Below are positions 1-14,079 of a stretch of DNA of 64,000 nucleotides, piece by piece; position 1 is the first letter of the stretch, and each line of letters opens with the position of its first letter. A program made the position numbers and the translations under genes. The DNA comes from Bispira polyomma (taxonomy: Eukaryota), in NCBI GenBank assembly GCA_965649765.1, contig OZ287759.1:10912001-10976000 (forward strand), given 5' to 3'. The notes under the pieces are model-generated. The model searched no databases and was not told the DNA's origin. It was given only the letters and a program-made list of their open reading frames with translations.

Positions 1-1085
1 AATGCTACTATTAAGTGGTCGGACCGGTAACCTGGTTAAATATTACAAGAAATATACCAGATCTAGAATGGAGTTGGAGCTGCTAAAATAGTCTAATCTT
101 GCCTGTTCATGCCGGTTTCATCAACGCTAAGTATATCTTTTAATTTCTGGACTCTTATATAGGTTCATATCATGCAGATTGTATTCAGCCATAGTGAAGG
201 TTGCGTTAAGGGTTAGATTTAGATCTTCACATATCAAACCATGACCTTGTTCCCTATTGATTATTAAATATTTGATACTTTTAAAAAACTCAGGGGAGTC
301 CGAGTTTAATGCATGATACATTGACAAACATAATAGTTTGTTTTCTGTAGTACCATATCAATTACCAGAAGATTTCCTTCTTGGTTTTTGTATGAGTTCA
401 CAATTTTACATTCAAAATTAGTTTTTATGAGTTTAGTTTTCCTTGTTGATGGATTTAAATACATGGCACTGATTGCAGTATCTGTGGGTAAAAAAGGTCT
501 TCAACAGCTGTGTCCTGCAAACATGTCAAGTCATAACTAGCCTCAATTCTAAGTTCTGCTTATCTCTGAGGAGAGTGAAGATACACAGAGCTGACTATAA
601 TTCTGCACTAAAAGCTCTATTAAAATGATCACAAATAGAGGTCATTCACATATTCGGTCTAGCTCTACTTGGACAGTATTCACAAAAGGGCTAAATCTAG
701 ACTTCATCCCTACATTTAGCACAAAGCTATATTAGGTCTGGGCTTAGCCCATTGGTGAATAATGAGGTTTGCAATAAATTTGTTCACACAGGGTAGTACA
801 GAATTGATAAATCCTACATCATGAACCGTTTCTTCCAAAGCAATGCTGGCTTTGAACTTGGTCCTACGGTCCAGTCCCTACTAAAGGTACCTGGGTCTGG
901 GCCCGCCCCCACCCCTTGGAGTCTCACCGTACCCAGCTATTAGTGGACATGGAGGGTCTAAGCAATGTGGAGAAGGGCGACAAAACCCATGACATGAAGC
1001 TCTTCTCTCTGGCTCTGTTACTAAGCAAGTGCTTGGTGTACAATGCTATGGGAACACTGGACGATGCCGTCATACAGGACCTACA

Positions 1086-1487
1086 GTATCCTTCTGGCTG
1101 ATTTAAATAAAGCATCAAATAAAATGGCAGTGGCAGAAAATATGGCCCCAGGCTTTCAAATTGAGTCACAAACAAAATTATAAGATTCTTCAAACATATC
1201 TGTGAATAATTTACTAATCTTTGAGTATCAATCTTTTCCTGTAATTTAAAAGTGCTGGCATTGTCTCTGTCAAAGAGGTTATTTTTTAACCCGTATGAGG
1301 TGGTTAGTTAGTTTTTGTGTGCTTTTAACCATTACCCAGATTACACAAAACTTTCAAAAGCAATTGACATGAAATTTGGTATTGGATATTCTATTTTATA
1401 AATGAAATTTTGTAAAATCTCCCCACATGTGTGTTTTCTACTGTATCTACAATTTTAGTTTGTATACACCTTACATGACTTGGTTAG
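1086..1487 (+). other. U12-type (minor spliceosome) GT-AG intron of the GBP-like gene
   Basis: Donor GTATCCTTC at 1086 (U12 consensus RTATCCTT). Branch-like CACCTTACA at 1467-1475, ~14 nt from the AG at 1486-87. Splicing keeps the frame (..DLH|LVKELTEHI). Confidence 0.75.
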
Positions 1488-3519
1488 CTTGGTGAAAGAG
1501 CTGACAGAGCATATTCAGACAAGAGAAGATGAGGAGGAGGAGGGGAACCACTTCAACAAGTACTTTCCTTACTTCTTTCTTCTGCTCAGAGATTTCTTCT
1601 TTGACATCAAACTAGAAGGACAAGACTGCACACTCAATCAGTACCTGGAAAATGCCTTAAAGATGAAACAGGGCCACAGCAAGAAGGTGAACGAGTACAA
1701 TAGACCCAGGGACTGCATCAGGTCCTATTTCCCACACAGGAAGTGCTTCACCCTGTGTAAGCCTGTGGATGATGACGCCAAGTTAAGGAGGCTGGACGCT
1801 GTGGATGAACAGGAGATTAAACCCGAGTTCTTGGATCAGGCCAAGGAAGTCACAGATGCTATGTAAGATGGATATTTTGTCATTAAAGGTTTAAATTTAA
1901 TTTTAAAATATGTGCCCTTCTGTCATAAAAATGTTAATGAGTTAATATTAAGGAATAGCTGAAATATTGGAGATATCTTTCTGTCTTGGACCTTGATTGT
2001 CACAAATACATATTAGCATATTATATTATACTAAAATGCTTTTCATAAACATGTTTGGATAATACAGGTCCTACTGTATTTTTAGTATTACAGAATTCAT
2101 GGAATTGGTCAAAATGTATGTAAATTGTATGAATGATGGGGGTGTGCCGTGTATATCCAGTGCTGTAGAACTGCTGAAGAACAATGAGTGCCAGAAAGCC
2201 CTTGACTCTGCTCTGGCTGTGTTCGACCAGATCACAGATAAACACTTAGTGGAGAGGTACCCAGTAGAACTTGACGCAGTTTGTGTATATAAAAAATCCT
2301 AAAGGGGAACTATGGGCCTAGTATTCTGCATCAAAAGAACGTATTTAAAATTTGAATGTTTTTCTCTTCTTTACATCTATTTCAATGATGCAACCGTATG
2401 TACCTATCAACTGTACCATTTTTCAACTCTGATGTATGGAACATGCATCAGTACTCTTCTGCTATTGGTCCAGCGTATAGTTCCTTTTTTGTCTAACATA
2501 CTTTTGGTGCGCTTCAGCTGCTATAGCTGGTTGAAAAATATTGAAGTTAAGTAATTTGCTGGAATGAATATTCACTGGTGGCCATTTTTGGTTTAAAAAG
2601 TAAATACTAAATTTCAACTGTCACTGGTGATTAATTTTTACTGTTATCCATTTGGCTGAGTTAAAGCAAATACCTTGTGTAACATTGCCAAAATAATACA
2701 GTATTAATTTTCTATTATAACAGGTGACCTGGAAAAGAAATATCAGAAGTATGTTGCCCTTAACAATGACATGTCTGTTGCGACCTGTGAACGTGTGCTG
2801 ACAGAGTGCTTTGCTGATCTCCAGGCCAAGGTAAAAGACGGGAAATATGTGTGTCAAGGTGGATATCAGGTGTACAAGAACGACAAGGATTCTGCTGTAA
2901 GCAAATATACCCAAACCCCAGATAAAGGCTCGATGGCTGAAAACAAGCTCAATCAGTATCTGGAGTCCACAGCCGGTGAGAAGGGTGCAGTCATTAATGC
3001 TGACAAGGTAAGAATACATTGAGGACGTCATATTTAATTGACCGGTGAGGCTGAGGTAGTGCTTAACTTTAGGGTAGTAACGTTTGATTGCAAACTGATC
3101 CCTTTTAAAGTTCATTTCTAAATATTAATGTGTATAATTGAAGCAAAAAAGGTTAATATTTTTTATACAACATGCTTCATAAATGTGACATACAAAGAGA
3201 AAATCAATATTATGTATGCTAAAGCACTAGAAAAAAAGAAAACTTCATCATGATTTGCATAGTTAATATTTTTAAAACTACATGCGTCATAAACGTGACA
3301 ACGTGATGTATTGTAAATCACTGGAAAAAAGAAAACGTCATCAATATTTGCATGATTTTATTTAATGTAAGCATTAAAACTGGTGTAATTTTAGAAAACT
3401 ATTAATGTTACTCTTTTCCAAACAAAAACATGTTTTATATTCTTCGTTTTTTTTAAATAAGTAAACGTATCAAAAAATAAATTGCTTAAAACAATATATA
3501 TATTCTCTTAATTTGGACA

Positions 3520-3800
3520 AAATACTCTCTGTTTCTTCGGTCAGACCCTTTAGGAAGGCGGCATCCAGAGCTTTCTCTATTGCAGCTCCTTTGTTATGGA
3601 ACAGTCTTATGGAACAGTTGACCTCAGATCAGTTAATAGACTCATCAGTTTTAGGAAAAAGCTTAAAACCTAAATTTTTAACCTTGCCTACCCACCAAGC
3701 TTCCACTTCTTCCCTTACGGCTCTGCTATGCCCATGGACTTTACAATCGGATTAATGATTCTGCTGTTGCACTTTAGAGGATGCCAAGCATCAATAAAGC
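3520..3800 (+). mobile_element. L2/CR1-type LINE 3' end fragment
   Basis: Translation SRAFSIAAPLLWNSL...KSLKPKF is the typical L2/CR1 ORF2 C-terminal motif. Confidence 0.6.
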
Positions 3801-3974
3801 ATGTTAAAAATTCATAATAATGAAAAAATACACATTGTCATAATATAAGCTGGATCAATAACCACATTATCTCACAGCAGAATGCCTTTTCTCTGAGATT
3901 TTTTTACTAATATGACTTTCTACATAAATTTTTAAATTGTGTGACATTGTATTATACATATTGAACGCCCTTTA

Positions 3975-4470
3975 TTAATGCAGGCATCTTCTAAAGTGTA
4001 ATCAACATAGCCAAAGTTGTAAGGAAGGATGTGTGGGGTGTACAGGAAGGAAACTACGGGGGATAATAGGAAATAGGTTTTGAGCTAAGTTCTCCTAAAC
4101 CTAGAAAGTGTTTTGAGTGATCTAAGACTAATTTATAACATTGGGCCAGCAACAGAAAAAGCTCTAGATCCAGCCGTCTTGGTAGGTTTCACAGAGGAAA
4201 CATTATACTTTTTTCCCTATTAACCTAGAAGGAAAGGTGAACCGGAAGATAGCTTTGGAAGTTGTTACACGGATTTCAAACAAAATTCTGTAACAAATAG
4301 GAAGCCAGTGTAATCTTTTGAGGTTTGGGGGAGGCATCAGTATGCATCCCCAGATGACAAATGACTCTACACAGATAGTTTTGAATGGACTGTAATTTAT
4401 TTATGTGAGACGGTTTTACCTTAAACAGAACGGAATTGCAGTAATCAACATCACAATGCAAGAATGGGTG
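3975..4470 (-). mobile_element. L2/CR1-type LINE 3' fragment (degraded)
   Basis: DYCNSVL...KLQSIQNYLCRVI motif, with a downstream SRAFSVAGP-like segment on the minus strand. Confidence 0.6.
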
Positions 4471-5002
4471 CTTTAATAATTTTATATCCAAGCAGCAAAG
4501 TTTTTAATTGTTTGGATATATAAAAATAGTTGAAAATCTATCTAAAAATATAATTTTAAAGTCATCATATTTTTTTACAGGCCAGAAATGACCATTAGTA
4601 AATTGGCATGCTTTATCCCTGGCCCGTTTATTCATTTTCATTGCTAAACCTTTAATGCCAATTTTTTTTTGCCACCATAGTGAGAATACAGACCAAACGC
4701 ATGCTTTTGTAAAGTAGCACAACCCATGAATGACGGCTTCTGTGATTACATTACATTCCATCTTATAATGGAAAATAAGAAAGAAAGTGTAAAATTTGGC
4801 CACACACCTAAAGGCAAAACTAATAGTATATACTCAGAAAATAATGTGTTTTGACCTTGTTTTAGTTAAAAATTTCAAGCAAATCTCTACATATACTCTT
4901 AAAACCCCACTACTTTCTTCTTGTAAAAAAGTTTGGCGGTACTTTGGTGGTTCCAAAACTACCTGTACAAGTACATCTGGCCATCAGAATACGACCAAAG
5001 AT

Positions 5003-6143
5003 CTTAATCTAATCTAGTCATACTTTTATAGCGCTTAATCTTTGTACAACAAATTCTAAGGTGCAACAAACCCAAAACGTTAATCGAAACGTTAATCGAA
5101 AATCAAAAAGTGGGCGGATGGAATTCGTAACCAGGGAGACTACCGTAAATGGTTGCGACGGCTAAGGTGGAAAAGCCTGTTCAAAAAGATAGGCCTTCAG
5201 CTTACTCCTGAAAGAGGAGAAAGTTTGAGCCAGGCGAACATGATCAGGTAGGCTGTTCCAAATGAGGGGGCCATCATGAGCTAGGCAGTGATTGAACTGA
5301 ACTTTGGATTTGTGGATGTGAGGGTCGAAAGTGGGAATGTTAAGGTATAATTTATCAGGGTTACTGCGCCTTGTCCTGACTGAGCATGTATATTTGGATA
5401 GATGGGGGGCTAAAATAAGTGGGTAATCCAGAATTTAGAAATTTATATATTATTGTTGCTGTTTTGAAAGCAACACGATATTTTATTGGGAGCCAGTGCA
5501 GTGACTTGAGTATAGGAGTAATGTGGGAAAATTTAGAAGTTTTGGTCACAATACGTGCCAACGAGTGTTGGATATTTTGAAGGCGTCTGAGATCACTACG
5601 AGATAAGGAACGGAACAAAGAGTTGCAGTAATCAAGCCTGCTGCTGACCAAAGCATTGGCAACAGTGACTGCAGTGGATTTGGAAAGATAGTGTCGAATC
5701 CGCCTGAAATCACGGAGGCCAACAAAACATGATCTACACACCGCTGCGACATGGTTTGAGAAGGAGAATTCAGAGTCAAACACCACACCCAGGTTTCGTA
5801 CTTTGTCAGCTGGAGAAAACCTGCTGCCAAGAATGTCAAGTGGAAAACAACAGGACAATTTTTCCCGTTGCGACTTGGAGCCAAACAAAATAAACTCAGT
5901 CTTCTCAGGGTTCAGCTTGAGTTTATTTGCTGCCATCCAGTGTTGTACATCAACAAGGCAGTTCTATAAGGAAGTGAAAGCTGCCTTGGCAGAGTCAGGT
6001 GTAAGGTGGATATACAGTTGGGTATCATCAGCATAGAAGTGAAAGTTTATGTTTTTGTATGCAGCAATAATCTTGCTGAGTGGAGTGGTGTACATGGAAA
6101 ACAAAATGGAACCCAGGATGGAACCTTGGGGAACACCAAATTT
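5003..6143 (-). mobile_element. 5'-truncated L2/CR1-clade LINE (RT C-terminal half plus 3' UTR with (ATTAG)n tail)
   Basis: Minus strand encodes [61 protein letters not shown]. Ends in a short tandem tail (ctaatctaatct on +). Confidence 0.92.
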
Positions 6144-8194
6144 TGACCATGTTGGGTCATCTTGACAGTTGATATAAAAATTTCAAATAAATACAAAAAA
6201 TAACTTAAATTATGTATTTTATATGTCTATCCTAGGCCCTGTCAGATAAGGACAAAGCACTGGCCAAACAGAATGATGAGCTTCAACGACAAGAATACCA
6301 GGCCAAGGCTGCTGAAGCAGACCAGGAGAGTCTGCGGCAAGACTTAAAACATCAACAGAAGGAACAACAGGAAATGATATCACAGACGCAAAAAGACTTC
6401 GAGACCAGGCATGACAAAATGATGGAGGTGTGTGTGAGAGAGTGTGTGTGTAAATGTGTGCGAGTGTGGCACCAATAACTGTCATTCCATTAAATGAAGA
6501 GAGACCCTCGGGAATGACTATTTATCAACATCCCCAACTTTTTTTCGCCTGCCAGAGGTGACTGTCATTTTAAGTGTTGAGCAAAAACTATTTGTCTGTC
6601 TGTACCTAGTTGTTGCTCCAGGCTGGGATTCCAACTTGTTTTCGCATGCCACTGGGGTTGGACCCAGTGACAGAGGTGACTGTCATTTTAAGTTTGACCT
6701 ACTTTGACCTGCCTGCCTATACCTAGTTGCTCCAGACTGGGATCAAACCCAAGTCCTCTGCATTCGTAAATGAATGTGTTACCTAATAGGCTACAGTGTT
6801 TCATTATATACATGATCATTTGATAAATTTGTTTTTCTTTTTAACATTACAAGCTTGTGTTTTCAATTCTGATTGGTTCATAGGTTTAGTAAAATCCACA
6901 ACAATACTTAGGAATCACCAAGACTGTTTTCTTCCATAATGTTTGTTATGCCTTGTTAAATACTTCAATGTCTTTTCGAGTCTTGGAGTTATAGAAAAAC
7001 TTTTGACTTTTTGACTTTTGTCTTACTACGACACTAATTGTGGTAAAATCCCTTGTATACCTTGATTTGTATGGTTGTGCAATGTTATTTCGACGTATTA
7101 AATTTATTTACTGCATGTCACATTTCGACTCATTATTAAAGAATAATATCGTCATTAAAGCCCTTTTAATTAAATAAAATATTTTTCATTGAATGTCTGT
7201 TTGCATATTAAAATAGTAAATTAAAAATGTCAAAAACGCTTGATGGTACTTCCATCGATTTGCGCCAAATCTTAAATTCCAACTTTCATATCCACTTTTT
7301 TGTTGTTGATACATACACTTGTTTGATTCGACATAATGGAGAAAACCTATAATGTAGTCTTATATTTCACATATTTTTTAAAATAAATGTTTTACAGGTA
7401 CGCATATATTCTCATCTATAAATTTCAATGATGAAATACTGTCTTATATGAGAATATGTTCTCTAGTTTCCAAAGCACTTGCTAAATGGCGGCAAATACG
7501 AAAATGAGAAAGCAATTTAACTAAAATAAAAATGGCTACCAGTATTTAAACCTAAATATCTCTTGTCATTTCTCAACAGATTTTGATGCATCCAAAAGCA
7601 CAATAATCATAATAACATATGCTTTCTCACCATATTTTTCACCAAAAATTTAGCTACAGTAATTTGTGAGGTATTAATAAATTTTTGGCAAGTTAACTTT
7701 ATACGTCAAAGTTATATATGCGTCGAAATAACATCATACAACCCATACACAAACTTGTGATGAAGCTTTGTTTCATTGCTTTAGTGAACATTTGATGATG
7801 TTGTGTTTCATTATTTCTTAGTACATCAGATAACATTAGAGGGTTGTGGTGGCTTGGTAGTTGGAAACCTTCAGACGTTTAGACATCTGCTTTCATCCAC
7901 CTTTAAATCAGGGTGTTGTGATATGCCTTAACAAATTGAAAGAGATGTAAAGACCAACTACATTCAAAACAGTTGATGTTTTAATGTTTACATGTACATT
8001 TAATGGATCTTTACAGGATCACAAGCAGGATATGCAAGAGAAGGAGAATGAGTACAAGCGGCTGAAGGACGAGGGTTTGACTACACAGGCAGAGCAGCAC
8101 AAGGCACTAATGGATGACATGCACATAGAACGCAAGAAGCTGGAAGAACAGCACCTGGCTCAGATGGGTCAGATAAAGGTAAAGTGTAGGTGTA

Positions 8195-8312
8195 ACTATG
8201 TAAATATAAGGTATAAATAGATGAATGTAGGATATAAATAGGTAAATATAAGGTATATATAGATGAATGTTGAATATCAATAGGTAAATATAGGGTATAA
8301 ATAGGTAAATAT
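8195..8312. repeat. AT-rich minisatellite (~20-nt units, ggtaaatatagggtataaata-like)
   Basis: Visible imperfect tandem units. Confidence 0.7.
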
Positions 8313-8689
8313 AGACAGTAAGAGGGACAGCACAGTGTTAAGAAAACAATTAGTTCTTACATCTTTCCAGCTCTCAGATAACTATTTTGACACTAAAAAC
8401 AGTATCAGTAGTCTGACAAAAAAGTCACTCACTGTGTGATTTTTCAGGTCAGCTGACGAAGTCACTGACTTAATCTCATGGGTATGTTTACCCATCTGGG
8501 TCCTGTAACAACAAAAAACTCCTAATGTATGCATAAATCTATATATATATATATATATATATGCTAACTGCACTGGTCCATGTAATTAAGTAAACACTCG
8601 AAAGAAAGAAATATATTTTGGGAGCCATAATTGTGACACACTTGTGATCAGAGCTGATTTGTTGTGTCAGTGATGTGCATAAAGATGTA

Positions 8690-8809
8690 CCTTTAAATTG
8701 GTTTTTAACTGTATAAAACTCAAGGCTCAGTGTTACAGCTTTATGAGAACTTTAAATTGGTTTTTAACTGTATAAAACTCAAGGCTCAGTGTTACAGCTT
8801 TATAAGAAC
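8690..8809. repeat. Direct tandem duplication (~59 bp x2)
   Basis: ctttaaattggtttttaactgtataaaactcaaggctcagtgttacagctttat occurs twice head to tail. Confidence 0.9.
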
Positions 8810-10874
8810 CATATGATGCTCAGTTAAAATTGTATTCCTAGGATTATGAGAAGAAGCATTCTGATTTATTAAAAGAGATGATGAACCAGCGAGAGGCCGG
8901 CTCTAAACAGATCGCAAAAATGCAGGCTCAGATTGAGTCACTCAAATTCGCCAACAGAGGCAATGGTAAGCTCATTATTGCTTATTACTATTATTCTAAA
9001 GTGAACCCCCTTAAGGACCCTATCTGTCGAGTAGCAGGCGAGAGTAAAGTGTATTCGTCAGTTTCATCATATGAAGCCATCAACACCCCAAAATTATTAT
9101 TTCACTTTCTGTCAGTACCACGCATTTGCAACGTGTTAGTACTGCAGAATTCTGCATTTAAAACAATTATGAAACATTTCAAATGCTAGCCGTCATCTTT
9201 GGTGTGTGTGTTTAGTGACTTTAATAAATTAGATAGTATGTATAACAGTAACTATGCATATTTACTGAAATTTTTAGGGATTATGCTGATTTAGTAACCA
9301 AATCAGTAAAAATGTGTATTTACTAAAAAAATTAGTAAAAATGTGCATTTACTGACTATTTGAGTAAATATGCCTATTTACTGATTTCACATATTGACTG
9401 TAACATATATACAGAGTTTGTGTCAAATGAAAAAAAATTGCAGGAATTGTTATTGTGAGTAAAAGTGATTAATAAAAGTAATAATGGAAGATTATTAACA
9501 AAAAGAGGAAAATTAAATGATAAAAATCATTATTTAGCCTAGATATATAAACAAGGTAGGTGATGTCATATTTGTTCCAAAATGCAAATTACCATTTAGT
9601 TATCAGCTTCTTGACTCAATTGACATTCTGTGATCCTAATAGTGCCTCACTGACCCCCAACAGGCATTTACTTAGAAATTTTTATCTAGTTATTCACCTC
9701 TGTTGCCACCATTTTTTCAACCATGATATTAAAATTATGATGAATTGAGAACTTGTAAGAACAGATTGAAAAGTATTGTTGAATATGTTAATAGTATACG
9801 GAATATATTTACCATTTTAGGTGAATTGTTTGGCTTTATTGGCAATGCTCTTGATGCTCTATTGCCTTTGTGAAATGGGTGGGCCCTGAATCGATTAAAA
9901 GTATGTGCATGTGAAATTTTTGTGTTTGTTACATTCAATTTGTTTTTGATTTCATACAGATAATATTTAGCTGGTAGGTAACATTTAACGGTTCAGGAGC
10001 ATGAATAGCATACTTTTTGCTTTGCCTGTGGCAGTCATTTAACATAACAGTTGATTTTAAATCTATTATTGTACTTGTAGGATTAACACCACTATGGTTG
10101 ATTAGTTTATAAATATGAAAATATCAAAGGGATTGAAAATATCTTACTTAACGTTGGCACTGCCTGCCTCAACGTATTATAATTTGTTCCTGCCAATGAC
10201 GTTATAATGATATATAATACCTGTATTAGTCATACGTAAGGTTTGTTAATTTGTAAAATATTCGTGACTTGTTGATGTAACTTTATTCCTACACTAGATC
10301 CTCTATTATCTCAACATGTTGGGAGAGCAATATTGTGCTGACAGTAGGCACAATAGCAGCATCGTGAAATAGACTGTGAATTGTAGTACTTGGATATAAA
10401 ACAGTTAAATTTACAAGAGTGGAAATGTAGAAGAGTGGAAATGTGTTCATAAAGTTAAATAATGTGATAATAGAGGTTCAGAAAGTAGATGTTTTACGGT
10501 ATTTGAATTTAGTTCTGGACATATGTTCTTTTAGCTAGGTTTTCCTGACGTACCACTTGATTGGGACTATTGTAAGCACAGCAGCTCCAGCAGAGTTTAC
10601 AATAATGCGGCTGGCTAAAATTGGTCAATGAATTGGAAACTTTGCACAGGCATTCAAAATTAAAAAAGTGGTGTTTCCTTGTTTATTTCTGTGTATTGTG
10701 TTCGTATAAAAATGATACTGAAGTTATTGGTTAAAATTCTTTAAAATATATCAAAGTACAAAGATGCCAAGTAACCCTGTTAACTGGAAATAAATTCAAA
10801 CTCTTCCCAGATTAAAATGTGAGGTTGCAGCATCTGTACCAGCAAAGTTAATATTTAAAACATGTTCTTTTGGA

Positions 10875-11463
10875 CACCGGTGGACATTAATTTGAACATA
10901 TTTTTTAGTTTTTCTTAATATTTTATTATTTAGAACTACAATTTATTTTGTATTATGTACTTCATAAAATAGGTTGCATGACAGCACATTTAATAAATAA
11001 TGAAAAAGGCTTAAATTATTTGATGATTATTCTAAAAATGAAATAGTTTCTTCAAATTTTCAAAATTAAAGTGGACATTAATTGGAACACTTTGCTCGGG
11101 GTTTTTTTTACTATGATTTATGATAATAACAAATGTATACCAATAAAATTATTCTGAATTACATAATCAGCTATGTAGCCAAATTTGCTAAAAAATGGTG
11201 ACAGTAAATCTAAAAAATTAGAAATAGCCCAAAAACAAATAGGCATTCATATTGTCATATTTCCGGTTAACAATGAATAAAATTGCTTTAAAATAGTTGT
11301 TATTGTTTAACATGGGCCGTATTATTGGATATAATTATCAAGGCTTGTTTCAAAATATATGCCAGTGGAATTTATTTTACATTTGTTTTATTTAAGCTAT
11401 AACCTTGCAATTTATTGTATTATCATTCCAATTAATGTCCATTCCAATCAATGTCCACCGGTG
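10875..11463. mobile_element. Non-autonomous DNA transposon (MITE), Tc1/mariner-like
   Basis: TIRs CACCGGTGGACATT ... AATGTCCACCGGTG, followed by TA on the right. Internal subterminal copies of gtggacattaatt. Confidence 0.75.
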
Positions 11464-12518
11464 TAGATAGAGATATATATTAATTCAATATTGAAAACTC
11501 ATATGACATTTTTTAATGTTAAAGTACACGTTTTGTCCATACATGTGAAAGACATTCAACATTTGCCAAATCCAACCTTAGAAAAAGTATTAGACAGCAT
11601 ATTTCAGGAAATAAAAGAGCCCCAACTTATTTTTCTTTGCTGGGCAGTTTTCAAGTTTGTCATGATATAATAATAAGAATTTTCATATCAAGCATAACAC
11701 TTATATTATAGATTAAACCTCATTAACATATATTTGTTAAAATAAGTTCATAATTGTACATCAATCAGCTTCTTAGATATTTACTGGTTGTTTGGGGACT
11801 CTTTTTGGCTCTTCCTCGCATTCCTCTCTTTTGCGCATTCACGTTTAAGCATTCTTTTTTCTGCTTTTTTTGTTTTTAATTTAATTTATATCACTGTTTG
11901 TACCCTTTTTATACAATTTAGAAACCTTTTTTAAGTCACCATGCTCAAAATACTACTCGCATTTTCCATCCTGGTTATTATTTAAATACTGCCTTGGAAT
12001 ACCACACCCACTTGTCACTAACAGTATCCTATCCAAGAACAAATAAGGTAGGTACTTCCTACCATCTTTAGATATAATAACTTCAGTAGTGCTTTTCTAA
12101 GTATCAAAATCCAACTTCAACATGCCCCAACCTTCTGTTAAAAATCCTTGGATTTTGCAACACACTGCCCTTTGTGGCAATGTCTACGTCAATCCTAAGC
12201 TTTTCCCAACCAAACTCAAAACTGGTGCAGTGCCTTTGTGCACATTGGTATGGACGCGGCAAAGCAGTTATCATAGATCTCAAATAAAGCATAGTACACT
12301 CACCGATACAATAAAATCTATTCCAACATAACAGCAGTCATATCCCGGTTGGAGAATGATGGCATTTTTTTAATCGTTTGCATTTGCAAGCATATTTGCA
12401 GCACCCTCTTCAACATGTGACCTGGTCATAAGTAGTGGTTCTTGCAGCAACAGTTGGTCTTATATTATATTTCTTATTATATTTTTCTTTTGCAATTAAA
12501 ACATAACCTCTGACCTCG

Positions 12519-13298
12519 TGTTACATATAAGGACATTGTGGTATGTTAAAGCACTCTGCTAGAGTGATCTATTTATAGAATTGGGGAAACCCCTAAGCTT
12601 CTAGAAGCCAGTTCTATTTTGTTTCTGAAGGTTATTAAAGTTGTGTTCATATGTGTATCTCATCTCTGGAATGTTCTAGTGATTGCTTACATATTCTAGA
12701 GCCTTCTCTAGCAGTTGTATATATAAGGGTTGACAGCCTGGCCACAGACCAGAGTTAATTAAGTTGAGCGGCTATATGAACTGCTACACTGTGAAACATT
12801 TTATTTCTTTTCCTGTGGATATAAACTGATTACTACATATGTTTTTGTGGTGAACTCATTGAAGTGAATTAGATAAAAGTTGTGGATCTACCAGAGATTG
12901 AATTTACTGCATATTGGATATTGTTTGCATCCTGGACTGGATAGCTTAGTTGTGCAGACTCTCTGGATATATACATTTTGTGTTCGTGGACAATGAATGG
13001 ATAACAGGATACAGGCATTGTGTGGACATTGAGCGGATCTCAAGACAGATTGCTGGATACAGTGGACAAATTTGTTTAATTCTTGTTTATGTGGACATGA
13101 CTGTGGTCAGGTCAGATTGGTTTAATTATTGTATTATTGTGTAAACTATTAAGGGTATCTCAGTTGACTAATTCTGTAATTCTGTAATTGTTATTTTATT
13201 TGTTAAATAAATTTGTTAAGTGAAGCTTTTTGTCTTTTCCTGTTACAACCTCAAATCAACCGGTAATTGTTATCACGCTTGCTCCCGTGACCGTAACA
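12519..13298 (+). mobile_element. Solo LTR (TG...CA, 5-bp TSD)
   Basis: Starts TGTTAC and ends GTAACA (inverted termini), flanked by the direct repeat CCTCG (12514-18, 13299-303). Internal TATATAAG ~12720 and AATAAA ~13206. Confidence 0.88.
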
Positions 13299-14079
13299 CC
13301 TCGTTATTACAGCATTTATTTGTGATGTACACGATATGTACATGTTTGTGTGTTTTTTGCAATTTATGCAGACCTTAAACAAAAGATCAACAAGATTTTA
13401 TAAAATGCCAGATGAGGAGTGGCAAATATAGAAAAAATTGCCTTGAATCAGTAAAAATATTATTATTCAATGGCTATTTAATCAAATATTAGCTTATTTA
13501 CTTTATTTCATTAAAAATTCTCTAGTTTTTGATACTTCGCTGGCTTTTCTAATGACTATGTTTTGTGGTCAGTTATATAACACCACTGCACTTCTATGCC
13601 TGTTACGAATTCTGATAAACGAAATATCACATTTTATAAAACAAATGTGGGAGTATTGTCAATAGAAGATTAAAACTAAAATGATGAAAATTTATTCAAA
13701 TATATATATACCTTATATTCACACCTTGTTTAGTTCGTTTTAATATTATATTATCACCCACAAAGTAAATCGTTTTAAAGCAAAAGTATGTGAAAAACAA
13801 ATTATTGAAATAGATTTTAGGGTAATTGGGTTGTTTATACAATAAACAATAGCTAGCTATAATTTTAAGCTAGAATGTTATATTTTTATTTTTGTTTGTT
13901 AGTTTGTGCTTCAGCATCTAGGATATGTGATCTAGTTTGTTGCAATGCTTTCCATACAGCCAATTTTAGATATGTGATCACTTCAGCAGTCACAGACTGC
14001 TTGTCCAAGCTTGGGACAATAATTGTGGAAGGCATTCTCTACCACCCTTCTGCCCCGGGATATCCTATAGTTAAACATG

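Larger units (their letters stand above)
463..8965 (+). pseudogene. Guanylate-binding protein (GBP)-like gene, probably pseudogenised. Exon remnants ~463-570, ~791-1085, 1488-1862, 2094-~2279, 2724-3007, 6236-6427, 8017-8178, 8842-8965
   Basis: Exon translations match the GBP family: G*YRIDKSYIMNRF (P-loop GxYRTGKS with an in-frame TAG), GFELGPTVQS/frameshift/TKGTWVW, LLVDMEGL (DTEG motif), FSLALLLS..LVYN, FPYFFLLLRDF, RDCIRSYFPHRKCF, YVNCMNDGGVPC, ADK|ALSDKDKAL, then coiled-coil exons with GT-AG borders. The stop, the frameshift and apparently missing segments indicate decay. Confidence 0.85.

Noticed and set aside
10539-10680. Possible terminal exon of the GBP-like gene
   Set aside because: The acceptor is plausible, but the translation has no recognisable GBP C-terminus or CaaX motif.
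11770-12450. Purine-skewed minus-strand stretch that looks like a decayed coding region
   Set aside because: Multiple stops in the frames I read, and no family recognised.
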